Below, piece after piece: positions 17,563 to 26,864 of a stretch of DNA of 64,000 bases (the stretch's first letter is position 1; each line of letters begins with the position of its first letter). A program made the position numbers and the translations under genes. The stretch lies in the NCBI GenBank assembly GCA_039818205.1, contig JBCBUK010000001.1, positions 1-64,000 on the forward strand, read 5' to 3'. The notes below the pieces were generated by a model. That model did no database searches. It saw only the letters and a program-made list of their open reading frames with translations, and had not been told where the DNA came from. Source of the DNA: Verrucomicrobiota bacterium. GTDB taxonomy: Bacteria > Verrucomicrobiota > Verrucomicrobiia > Opitutales > Cerasicoccaceae.

Positions 17563-18815
17563 TTTAAATGGATACGATACTTGGATAAAATTTTGACCAG
17601 TTCACGGTACGCTGCAATGGGCGTTCGCTTCCGCGGTGGAACAGCAACCTGTGCGCTAACCACCGCATCGATTTCAGCCTTAGCCTTCTTCCAACTTGGT
17701 GAACGCTGAACCTGCGCCGAACAGTGTTTGTTAAAACGCTCGACGCACACCGCAAACAAATCAGCGGGGGCAATCGCCCGTCGCAAAAGGTTTTTGAGAC
17801 CCGTTTGAGCCGTGCCTCCCAACCGAACAACACCTGCCGAGTGGTCAACGGTGCCCTCATGCGTTGGCGTCAAGCCGTAGACATTTCGCCATACAAACAG
17901 TGTGGCCGTAAATGCCAGCGCCAAAGCCAAGCCGCCAAGCTGGTAGCGGCGCATCAAAATCGCGATGCCCGTTGGCTCGGCGACGCCAAAGTGCCATTCA
18001 TCAAATATAGCTCTCTTGCGACCGCCTTGAATCCAGGCCAACCAGGAAGACTCACGATCGTTGAGCAAAGCCTCATTCGAGAATAGGTATGCATCGGAGA
18101 TCGCAATGATGTCGCCTCGCAGATATTCGCGCTGCAACACGACTGGTCCATTCATGCTTTCGTAGACCACTGTCCAGCCCTCGGGTGGCGAATCGAAATA
18201 CGATCGATCGATCCATGCGATTTCGTCGGGCCCATCACCAAAGGCAGTCTTTTGAGCGAGGGTCACCTCACGATCGCCTTGAACGACCTCGAGCTGCCAG
18301 GAGTCATCGAGAACCCAATCCCGGATGACTTCCTCTAGCGCCAGAGAATCCTCCTCGGAGTCCTCCTCTTGCTCAATCGGAATGAAATCCTCATGATCTT
18401 CGTCCAACTCGTCATCAGATTCTACCTCACGCGCCTGCCGCTCGCGATACCAGTTGGAAGAGCCATCTGTGTAAATGAGCCGGCCACCACGCGAAACGTA
18501 TTCCAACACCCGATTGCCTCGGTCAACCGGTCGAAAAACCGTATATGGATCCGAACGAAAAACATAAAATGTTGCTTCAGGGTCTAGCTCGACGGTCGTC
18601 CAGTCCTCAAAATTCCTCTCAACATCGATACTTGGCACCGCCTCAAAGGCTTCAGCCAAGGCCCGCGAGCCCAGAGGATCCATCCGCAAGCTCGAGCTCT
18701 CGGGGAACACATCTCCACGCTCCATGCGCAGGTGTAGGACGCGCATAAATCCGAAACCAATGGCCAGCATTAAAACACCGAACGCAATATAGATGACCCA
18801 GCGATTCCTCACCAT
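17559..18815 (-). CDS. DUF4350-type membrane-anchored protein
   Basis: N-terminal TM, PLGSRAL, FSNEAL, FDEWHFG, second TM; MoxR context. Confidence 0.75.
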   Translation of the reverse strand: MVRNRWVIYIAFGVLMLAIGFGFMRVLHLRMERGDVFPESSSLRMDPLGSRALAEAFEAVPSIDVERNFEDWTTVELDPEATFYVFRSDPYTVFRPVDRGNRVLEYVSRGGRLIYTDGSSNWYRERQAREVESDDELDEDHEDFIPIEQEEDSEEDSLALEEVIRDWVLDDSWQLEVVQGDREVTLAQKTAFGDGPDEIAWIDRSYFDSPPEGWTVVYESMNGPVVLQREYLRGDIIAISDAYLFSNEALLNDRESSWLAWIQGGRKRAIFDEWHFGVAEPTGIAILMRRYQLGGLALALAFTATLFVWRNVYGLTPTHEGTVDHSAGVVRLGGTAQTGLKNLLRRAIAPADLFAVCVERFNKHCSAQVQRSPSWKKAKAEIDAVVSAQVAVPPRKRTPIAAYRELVKILSKYRIHLK

Positions 18816-20479
18816 GCGAGCCCGATGCTGCGCAAATGATTCTCCATTTGCTGGATTTCGTTGTGACCGACTGAACGCTCCCCGTACCAGGCACCGTCAA
18901 AAAGCAAGGCACTGGCGCGATAAGCACCCAAGACTTCCTCTGCGGAACCGCGTCGCGAAAGCTCACGGCGGTAATCAAGGTTCGACTTATACTTGGAGAG
19001 CGAGATCAAGCCTTGGTCAGCCAGATGAGCAAGCTCCGCAAAAAACAAAGCCCGCAGGGCAAGCCGCAACTCGCCATCGGACATGAGCTTCTGGGCGAGC
19101 TCCAGCCATCGATTTCGCGGCAATGCATCCGCGGAAACATCTTCTTGGTTGAGATCGGGAACGACTTCAGTGGCAGGCACCGCCTGAACAGCCCCATCAC
19201 TTACCCGCGAGCCCCAGAGTTTGTAGATTCCCCAAACGATGGCCAAAACCGCGATAGCAATCACGACATAACTCAGTGTATGCCCGAATCCAAAGCCTTG
19301 AAAGCCGGTCGGAGGTTCGCCAATCTCTCGAGGTTCATCCCGTTCTTTAAAGAGGCTCTCAAGCCATTGCCCAAACGACTTAAGCGCATCCATCGCCGAC
19401 TCTGAAAGATTCGTTAACCAGGTTGGCGATTCCATATCGGTCACCACCTCCTCTTTGGGAAAGCGCCAGATGTATTCAGGTTGGCTTAGCGTATCATCGA
19501 TGGCCTGATCAAAAGCGGCTGCATCATCCTCGACCGAACCCGACTCTTCGCTTTGGGCCTGGAGTCCCGTTGGCGCAAACGCAATAAATGAACCGATCAG
19601 CATGCCAACGACACACGAAACACCGCGCGCTAGCCGCTTTAATTCATTTAAATTAAATAGCAGATCGTCTCCCGTGTGCTGGGACCGCGCGTAGTGAACG
19701 CGGAGCAGAAAGCTGGCTTTGATTAGAGGGTCAACCGTCAGATAAGTCAGGGCCAAAGCAATTGAAAACGTCGTCGAATTAAAGGCATGGCCGCCGCTTC
19801 GAATCATCATGTTATCGAGACCCAACAGCGATTTGGCTAGCATTGGCAAAAAGTATAAGACCGTATACCAATTAAGCAGTAGCATGAAGCCCAGGACAAC
19901 GAAGAGGCAAAGAAGGCGCCTTGCTTGCATCGGCCAAACCCCCGCGAGCTTATTCGCTCGAGAAAAAAGCGGCTCTTCCCCACTGCGGTCTCCAGAGGCC
20001 TCCAAGGTCATCAGATTCTGAATAAGCGAAAAGGCGTAAGAGAAGGGAAAGACTAAAAACAGGCTCAAGGGCAAAGCAATCATCGCGGTGGTTTGCCATT
20101 GGGCTTGAGTCATCATGATCGACGCTCCTTTCCTCAAACTCAGAGGCTCTGTCGGCGCATCACGCACAACTTCCCACAGACAACGCGCAAACCGAACCTG
20201 ACAATAGCGCATCCACACGAATGCGACAGCCATCAAAAAAGCGCCGGAGACAACATGTTGATACGCCAGGCCGCTATGCGCCATGTCATTCCAAAAGAAA
20301 AGGAATCCAACTAAAAATGGACCAGTGCCTAGAAAGTACCAAATCCAAGCGATTAGAGGCGCACGTCGAGCCAAGTGGACACCTTCTTCGACCAAATCGA
20401 GTCCACTCTTCGCGCCCTCTAGCTTCTCAACTTGCCGACGAGTGATCTTCTGCGATCTTTCTGAATCCGTGCGAGCCAT
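18809..20479 (-). CDS. Multi-TM protein with C-terminal DUF4129-like domain
   Basis: Several TMs; ALRALF...KSNLDY...FDGAWYG. Confidence 0.75.
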   Translation of the reverse strand: MARTDSERSQKITRRQVEKLEGAKSGLDLVEEGVHLARRAPLIAWIWYFLGTGPFLVGFLFFWNDMAHSGLAYQHVVSGAFLMAVAFVWMRYCQVRFARCLWEVVRDAPTEPLSLRKGASIMMTQAQWQTTAMIALPLSLFLVFPFSYAFSLIQNLMTLEASGDRSGEEPLFSRANKLAGVWPMQARRLLCLFVVLGFMLLLNWYTVLYFLPMLAKSLLGLDNMMIRSGGHAFNSTTFSIALALTYLTVDPLIKASFLLRVHYARSQHTGDDLLFNLNELKRLARGVSCVVGMLIGSFIAFAPTGLQAQSEESGSVEDDAAAFDQAIDDTLSQPEYIWRFPKEEVVTDMESPTWLTNLSESAMDALKSFGQWLESLFKERDEPREIGEPPTGFQGFGFGHTLSYVVIAIAVLAIVWGIYKLWGSRVSDGAVQAVPATEVVPDLNQEDVSADALPRNRWLELAQKLMSDGELRLALRALFFAELAHLADQGLISLSKYKSNLDYRRELSRRGSAEEVLGAYRASALLFDGAWYGERSVGHNEIQQMENHLRSIGLAW

Positions 20480-20481
20480 GG

Positions 20482-20793
20482 CTAGCGATCCCACATGCCT
20501 CCATCATGGAATTCGGTGGGAATCGAAATCAGAATTCGTCCGAGTAGATAAAAGAAGACCCATGCAATTGCGAATCCCATCGCGGCACCAATCGTTCGAG
20601 CAAGGTTCTTGACGAAATTCGAGCTAGGCGCGTCATCCGTGGCGATTAGGTCGCTAAGGCATGACTGGCAGATCACGCGCCCATCGTGCTCGGTAATACA
20701 CTCGCGACAAAAAAACTTCTCACATTCCGGGCAGCGAGCAACGGCCTCCCGGTTTCCATGATTCAGGCAACGGGTCTGCGCAATTGCACTCAT
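20482..20793 (-). CDS. B-box-like zinc-finger membrane protein
   Basis: CLNH..AVARCPECEKFFCREC..CQSC then TM. Confidence 0.8.
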   Translation of the reverse strand: MSAIAQTRCLNHGNREAVARCPECEKFFCRECITEHDGRVICQSCLSDLIATDDAPSSNFVKNLARTIGAAMGFAIAWVFFYLLGRILISIPTEFHDGGMWDR

Positions 20794-20838
20794 TCGACCA
20801 CAATTCCCGCCACCTTCGGCTGCTCTACTATATGCTGA

Positions 20839-22011
20839 TTAGATGTCATCATACAAGCGGGCGTAGGAAACCGAAGAAAGTGGCGCATACCAGAGTATGA
20901 ATGCGATCAGTCCTATAAATGCCACGAACATACCGAGACCAAGAAAAACTTTGCCCATCAGGCTGAAGACAAAGACAAGCATGCCCAGGGCAAACATCCC
21001 GGCTAATGCAATTACTGAAAGAACGACTCCCATCCAGAAGATTTTCCAAAACAGACCGCGCGTCATCGACCAACTGTATTTTATCGTTTCCATGACTCCA
21101 AAGGCTGGGAAGTCCCGCATGATATAGTAGACCATTGAAAGCCTGACCTGTAAAAAAACCATCACGCAGAACGTGAAGAAGCCGATCAATGCAAACAAAA
21201 TAATCGGCGTCGCTTGGAGGTTATCAGGATCGAATCCGTCTATACCTCCAGGCATGGTGATGAAGAGAAAACCGATCGCGACCATGACTCCAACGAAGAT
21301 AGGCGCGCCAACAAAGATTGCCGTCAAAATGTAAACGCCAAGAATGCGTCCATAGTCTTGGAATCCCACAAAGATATTTCCCATTTCGGAACCTTCCCCA
21401 CGGCTTACTGATAGCATATTCGCCGCAAACCCGAAGGTGAACTGTCCGGTTAAAAATAGCTGGATAAAAAAGCCCAATAACGGAATTATGGCGTCAGCGA
21501 TGCTAGTAAAAAAGTATATTGCAAAATTAATTATCGCATAGACAATTATAAACCCGATCGTTGGCCACCAGTGACCCGTAAGCGCCATGCGCGACTGCGA
21601 TATCAGGGTGAAGACGGGTGTCTGCCCTCCAGTACCTTCTGGTTTACCACCCTCGAAAGAAACACCGCCTTCTTTGAGCCGCTGCGTGTAGTTATCTCGG
21701 CAAGACGGACAAACAACGGTGTCACCAATCGGAATCAAACTATTGGCATCAGTTCGATTTCCGCAGGATGGGCAAACCGCAGCTGAACCACTCGCTCCAG
21801 CGCCGCTGGCCCCAGCCCCGCCTGCGCCGCCCAGAGGCACCGGGGTTACCCCGAAGCTAGCCTTCACCGTGCTAAATGGTTGCCAATCGGGCATGCCTTC
21901 GCGCCAAACGAGAGACTGATCGTTAATCACTCCAGTGCTAGCAAGTTGCTTCAACTGCTCTTCACTGACTGGGCCTTGTTGCTGGTTATTTGCCGAATAG
22001 TACCATTGCAT
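20839..22011 (-). CDS. GYF_2 (DUF4339) + zinc ribbon + DUF975-like membrane protein
   Basis: WYY..QQGP..LVWREGMPDW; CPSC..CPSC; multiple TMs. Confidence 0.8.
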   Translation of the reverse strand: MQWYYSANNQQQGPVSEEQLKQLASTGVINDQSLVWREGMPDWQPFSTVKASFGVTPVPLGGAGGAGASGAGASGSAAVCPSCGNRTDANSLIPIGDTVVCPSCRDNYTQRLKEGGVSFEGGKPEGTGGQTPVFTLISQSRMALTGHWWPTIGFIIVYAIINFAIYFFTSIADAIIPLLGFFIQLFLTGQFTFGFAANMLSVSRGEGSEMGNIFVGFQDYGRILGVYILTAIFVGAPIFVGVMVAIGFLFITMPGGIDGFDPDNLQATPIILFALIGFFTFCVMVFLQVRLSMVYYIMRDFPAFGVMETIKYSWSMTRGLFWKIFWMGVVLSVIALAGMFALGMLVFVFSLMGKVFLGLGMFVAFIGLIAFILWYAPLSSVSYARLYDDI

Positions 22012-22053
22012 AGTATACGGAGAGTAGAGATTAAATATGGGGAAACTTGGTCG

Positions 22054-22539
22054 TTATTGTGATCCGTAAAGCGCTTCCTGCAAGACTTCACTCGTGAGGC
22101 GGCCCTGTTTATTTTCAACCGCCTCGGTCAGCTTTGCCTCAAACTTCTCCGCTTTTCGTACATTGTTCAACGACGGAAGTCGTACCAACTGGAGAGGAGT
22201 CTTAACGGCAGTATCACATGAGCCCTTACACCAAAAAGAATTGAGCAAAAACGACAGGAAAATTACGAAAAATATGAGTGCACCCCAATTAAAGAAATCA
22301 GTCGAGGACAACATTCCGATTGCCGAAAACATCATAAAGATAATCAAGAACACCCTTAATACTATCGAGTAGCCGTTCCCGCACCGCACAACGGCTTGAA
22401 TATCGTCAAAGTAGAGGCGCCGGTAGGTTTCGGTATACTGGCCATCGATCACGAGCATATGGTCCTCTCCAAAGAAGATTTTCTGACGCACGAATCCGCC
22501 GCCACTGCTCACTTTCTTATATCGATACTCCTCTGCCAT
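22054..22539 (-). CDS. Hypothetical two-TM membrane protein
   Basis: Two hydrophobic helices; in operon. Confidence 0.75.
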   Translation of the reverse strand: MAEEYRYKKVSSGGGFVRQKIFFGEDHMLVIDGQYTETYRRLYFDDIQAVVRCGNGYSIVLRVFLIIFMMFSAIGMLSSTDFFNWGALIFFVIFLSFLLNSFWCKGSCDTAVKTPLQLVRLPSLNNVRKAEKFEAKLTEAVENKQGRLTSEVLQEALYGSQ

Positions 22540-22541
22540 AA

Positions 22542-23393
22542 CTATATCGATGAACTAATTGCTATTACAAAGTATAACAAACCAAACACCTGCAACGCAG
22601 ACAGAATGCCAGCGATCAGATATCGGAATCGCGATCTTCGCACGACACTTGTTGGGCCGGATCGCCATTTCCAAAGGCAAATAAACAAGGCCGCCGGAGC
22701 GGTAACGAAAGCCATCCACCAGGTAATGATTAACAGCGGCGGAAGCACCGCCAAAGCCAGAGCAATATCGTCCCACAGGACACGTTTGTCCTCCAACTTA
22801 TTCGACTTTTTTGAAGCCTTGGCGTCGTGCAAAGCCTGGAGACTGACGATTTGCCCATTCCACTCAGTCGCGCACAGATCGCAAATAAACCTTCCACTGT
22901 GGCTGCATACCTGTGTCGCCGCGAACTGTGGGTGATAAAAGCAACTAGACTCGCCCGCTTCCATCACTTCTTTTGCCTCGACGGTTTCTTTTCGGCGCAA
23001 AATCGCCGGGTAAAGATGAAGGTAGTGAGGCTTCAGCGCGTAGGAAGCACCGTAGTCCTTTGCGATCGGATGATCCGGCAGAGGCATCTCGCTTCCTTTG
23101 AGGTTCAAGCTTGGAATGCGAATGGCCGAAGCCTGCCCGCCGCTGGAACGAGCCGGTTCCACCCCGACTCCAACTCGATTTCCCAGTGGGTTGGACCGTA
23201 ACGGAGGTGGCGCGCCTACAACCGTGTTTACGCTAGCCATCGGACGCGCTTCAGTAAGCCGCATCCAATTATCAAGCTGATCATGCCAGACCAAGGTTTG
23301 TTCCGTGATCTCCCCTGCGGAAACCATACGATCCAAATCACCTTCGGTGATTGGTCCTCGTTGTTCAGTTCCGACTGCGTAATACCACTCCAC
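22542..23393 (-). CDS. GYF_2 + B-box-like zinc finger membrane protein
   Basis: WYY..QRGP..LVWH..W; CFYHP..CSHSGRFICDLC; C-terminal TMs. Confidence 0.8.
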   Translation of the reverse strand: MEWYYAVGTEQRGPITEGDLDRMVSAGEITEQTLVWHDQLDNWMRLTEARPMASVNTVVGAPPPLRSNPLGNRVGVGVEPARSSGGQASAIRIPSLNLKGSEMPLPDHPIAKDYGASYALKPHYLHLYPAILRRKETVEAKEVMEAGESSCFYHPQFAATQVCSHSGRFICDLCATEWNGQIVSLQALHDAKASKKSNKLEDKRVLWDDIALALAVLPPLLIITWWMAFVTAPAALFICLWKWRSGPTSVVRRSRFRYLIAGILSALQVFGLLYFVIAISSSI

Positions 23394-23524
23394 GATTAAA
23401 CGAATTACCCTAGGAACCTAGCCAAGCTGGCATGGACGTGACGAGAAATATTTCGCGTAAATTCGACATCAATCAGAAGCTACCCACCCGGCCGCAATTG
23501 TTACAATATAATTATCACGAAAAG

Positions 23525-24127
23525 TTAACCGACGTTCCGACTACCAGTAAACGCATGACAAATCGCCACTGCCGCCGCATCCGATTCATCTGAAGCCAAT
23601 GGGCCGACCAAATGCAAGTGCTGCTGAACCATTGCAGCGACCTGATCTTTGCTGGCACGTCCGTAGCCGACGACTGCCTGCTTGATTCGTAGCGGGGCAT
23701 ACTCGTGGATCGGTAATCCAGCAACGGACGCCATGGCAATGGCGGCGCCCCGCGCCATACCCATGATCTGCGCAGTTTGAAAATTTTGCACGTAAATCGT
23801 TTGCTCAAGCGCCACCGAATTAACGCTTTCCGATTCCAGAATCGCCTGCACTGCCTCGGCGATGGCCCCTAGGCACTCAGCCTGAGAGTGCTTTGCGGGC
23901 ATCTTAAGGGTGCGACTTCCGAGCAGTTTTGGCACCGCGTTATTCTGGAATCTGACCACCGCAAGACCAGTTCCACGGAGGCTTGGATCAATCCCCAAGA
24001 TCGTTCCAACGTACGGCGTCTGGCGCGAGGCTAGAGCACTTTCCAGCGCCTCCTCAGAGCTGGGCTTGGCGACAGCCTGACCACTCAATTTCGCGCTCCA
24101 AAGCGCTCTCGCCGATTTTTTGCCCAT
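23525..24127 (-). CDS. ruvC: Holliday junction resolvase RuvC
   Basis: ILGIDPS, ALEQ, YAPLRIKQAVVGYGRASKDQV, DESDAAAVA; start ATG 24127 uncertain. Confidence 0.95.
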   Translation of the reverse strand: MGKKSARALWSAKLSGQAVAKPSSEEALESALASRQTPYVGTILGIDPSLRGTGLAVVRFQNNAVPKLLGSRTLKMPAKHSQAECLGAIAEAVQAILESESVNSVALEQTIYVQNFQTAQIMGMARGAAIAMASVAGLPIHEYAPLRIKQAVVGYGRASKDQVAAMVQQHLHLVGPLASDESDAAAVAICHAFTGSRNVG

Positions 24128-24176
24128 GGATCCGAAGTAAACGGGCCATTTCCAGCTCTGCCAATGCAAATGCGCA

Positions 24177-25211
24177 CTACTTCAAGTAGGCATTGGGCTG
24201 CAATGCCGCGAGCGGCAACGAGAAGGAATTTACGATCTTTCCCTTGGCATTGACGATCTCAGCCGTGATCGTTGCCAGTTCCCCCTCCCAACTAATCTTC
24301 AGCAGCCCAAAAGCCTCGTAGGGATACAGCTTGCCGACCCGGAATCGGTTCATCTCTTTCGGAGCGCCATCGCCCCAGGCGTGGGTCAATCCGCTCGCAG
24401 TAATCTCCATAAGCGGGTATTGCGTATCCTGATCGTTCTTCAGGGAAATCTCCTGCATATGACGGTCGCCACTGGCTAATACCACTCCGGGGATTTTGTT
24501 GTCCCGGATAAAATCCAAGAAACGCTGTCGAGTGACCGGAAAATTGGCCCATTTCTCAAATGGCTGATCGATTGGTAGAATTTGAGTTCCCGATACGATC
24601 AAATTGATCTGGGCGGTGCTGCTACGCAACTCCTCCCGCAGCCAGGCCCACTGGGCATCACCGATCAGCTCGGAGTCTTTTCGGTGCGGTCTCGTGGCAA
24701 AATACCGGTTGTCTAGCAGGTAGATTTTAACCTGTTGGCCCTCCGGACCAAATGTATAGGCGCCGTAGATACCCTCGCGAGACCACCGAGGATCATCAGC
24801 GGGAACCTCCAAAAACTTGAGGGCCAAATCTCGTGATTCCGCTTTCGGCCCGTACCATGAACCACCGTTATTGACTCCAAAATCATGATCATCCCAAGTG
24901 CCAATAATGGGATATTTTTCCCTAAAAACCTGATATTCAGGCTTATAGAACTGCTCATCATACTTTTGAGACAGAATATCCATCTGCTCGGTGTCCCCAT
25001 AGATGTTATCTCCCATCCAAATCCATAAATCGGGACCAAAGGAATCAATCCGTGCCCACATCGGCTGCGGAGATTCCTGCTGATTGCAGGAACCAATCGC
25101 GATGACCGTCAATGGCTGACTGAAGTCCTCGGGAAACTTACACCAAGCCGCGCTCGCGGCAACGAACATCCCGAAACCTATGGCGAAGGCACGCATCATG
25201 GAAACGAGCAA
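24177..25211 (-). CDS. PhoD-like alkaline phosphatase
   Basis: GSCN, MGDNIYGD, WDDHD, LLDNRY, SGDRH. Confidence 0.9.
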   Translation of the reverse strand: MLVSMMRAFAIGFGMFVAASAAWCKFPEDFSQPLTVIAIGSCNQQESPQPMWARIDSFGPDLWIWMGDNIYGDTEQMDILSQKYDEQFYKPEYQVFREKYPIIGTWDDHDFGVNNGGSWYGPKAESRDLALKFLEVPADDPRWSREGIYGAYTFGPEGQQVKIYLLDNRYFATRPHRKDSELIGDAQWAWLREELRSSTAQINLIVSGTQILPIDQPFEKWANFPVTRQRFLDFIRDNKIPGVVLASGDRHMQEISLKNDQDTQYPLMEITASGLTHAWGDGAPKEMNRFRVGKLYPYEAFGLLKISWEGELATITAEIVNAKGKIVNSFSLPLAALQPNAYLK

Positions 25212-25289
25212 AACAGCCGGAGCCCGGGAGGCAATGGTGATTAACCGGAGTCACTCAATTGATACCTGCAAGCCGCAGGTCCGCCAACT

Positions 25290-26306
25290 CTAGGCCGAGA
25301 CGAGCTTTTCTGCGAGCAACAGTTCAGCGATTTGAACCGCATTAAGTGCTGCGCCCTTCCACAACTGGTCACCGCTCACCCAAATGGCCAATCCATTTTC
25401 CAAAGCACTGTCCTTGCGGATCCGCCCGACGCCACACTTTTCCACGCCCGAGAAGTCCTTTGGCATCGGATAAACGTTGTTCGCTGGATCATCGACCAAG
25501 TCGGCCCCCTCGAACAAGGTGATCAACTCACGGGCTCGCTCAACGTCGACCGGCTTCTCGAACTCGGCGTTAATCGCCATCGAGTGCGCCCGCAACACAG
25601 GCACCCGGACACAGGTCGTGGAGGCCACCAACTCGGGCAGATCGAGGATCTTGCGGCTTTCATTGAGCATCTTATGCTCCTCCTTGGTGTAACCGTCCTC
25701 GTAAAAGACATCAACGTGAGGGATCAAATTGAATGCGATCTGGTGTGCAAACTCTTTGACCTCGAGTGGCTCCTGCTTGGTCCACGACTTAATCTGCTCT
25801 TCCAGCTCAGCCATCGCCGCTGCACCCGCACCCGAGACAGCTTGATAGGTTGCTGCGAAGAAACGCTTCAACCCAAACTCGCGGTGGAGCGGATACAATC
25901 CCATCAAAGCCACCGCAGTGGAGCAGTTCGGGTTGGCAATGATGCCTTGGTGCGCACGAACGGCCTCAGGGTTTACCTCCGGCACGATGAGGGGAACATT
26001 TGGATCTAATCGGAAAGCCGAGGAATTATCAATAGCGATGCAGTTCCGCTTGGCTGCTTCCGGGCAAAGCTCCTTCGAAGTGCCTCCGCCCGCACTGAAA
26101 ATCGCAATATCCAGGTCGTCGAAAGCCTCCGGCTTAGTCTCTTGTACGGTCCAGGACTTATCTTGCCAGGTGATCGTTTTGCCCGCCGAACGGCTCGATG
26201 CCAGCAATACCAACTCCGCCATCGGAAAATTCCGACGGTGCAACAAGTCGATGAGTTCTTGACCAACGGCGCCTGTTGCGCCGACTATGCCTACACGATA
26301 GCTCAT
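25290..26306 (-). CDS. asd: Aspartate-semialdehyde dehydrogenase
   Basis: GATGAVG, ANPNCST, TCVRVPVLRAHS, KGAALNAVQIAE. Confidence 0.97.
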   Translation of the reverse strand: MSYRVGIVGATGAVGQELIDLLHRRNFPMAELVLLASSRSAGKTITWQDKSWTVQETKPEAFDDLDIAIFSAGGGTSKELCPEAAKRNCIAIDNSSAFRLDPNVPLIVPEVNPEAVRAHQGIIANPNCSTAVALMGLYPLHREFGLKRFFAATYQAVSGAGAAAMAELEEQIKSWTKQEPLEVKEFAHQIAFNLIPHVDVFYEDGYTKEEHKMLNESRKILDLPELVASTTCVRVPVLRAHSMAINAEFEKPVDVERARELITLFEGADLVDDPANNVYPMPKDFSGVEKCGVGRIRKDSALENGLAIWVSGDQLWKGAALNAVQIAELLLAEKLVSA

Positions 26307-26844
26307 GAATGACTCCTTATATTCTCAGCTGGTCGATGTTTGCGCCCAGCAAGCAATGAAACCGACGGAACATGCACTCTATGTGTCCATTGGCGAGCAA
26401 AAACTTTATTTTTTCCGTTCAGGTGCCCTCGCAAAAACCTATTCGGTATCCACTTCGAGGCGGCCACCAAGCTGCGTTGAGGACTCTCTGGGGACTCCCA
26501 CCGGGCTCCATTTCGTGGATGAGAAAGTCGGTGATGACCTTCCCGCCGGAGCCGTCTTAAAAGGCCGCACGCCAACCGGCGAAAACTGCTACAAACTTTC
26601 TGCAGAGCGCAACGAGGAGAATCTGATCACGACCCGCATTATGTGGTTACGTGGTTTGGAAACTGGCCGCAACGCCGGTGCGGGTATCGACACCCACGAC
26701 CGCTACATCTACATTCACGGAACTAACCAAGAAGACCGCATTGGTACCCCCAACAGCCACGGCTGCGTGCTTCTCAGCAATACCGATTCGATCGAGCTCT
26801 ATAACGCCTTGCCCAGCGGCAGCGTCGTATTGATCGAACAATAA
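26305..26844 (+). CDS. L,D-transpeptidase (YkuD family)
   Basis: TPTG, IYIHGT...SHGCV catalytic motif. Confidence 0.92.
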   Translation: MNDSLYSQLVDVCAQQAMKPTEHALYVSIGEQKLYFFRSGALAKTYSVSTSRRPPSCVEDSLGTPTGLHFVDEKVGDDLPAGAVLKGRTPTGENCYKLSAERNEENLITTRIMWLRGLETGRNAGAGIDTHDRYIYIHGTNQEDRIGTPNSHGCVLLSNTDSIELYNALPSGSVVLIEQ

Positions 26845-26864
26845 TCTGAGCGCATCGCCTGCCC

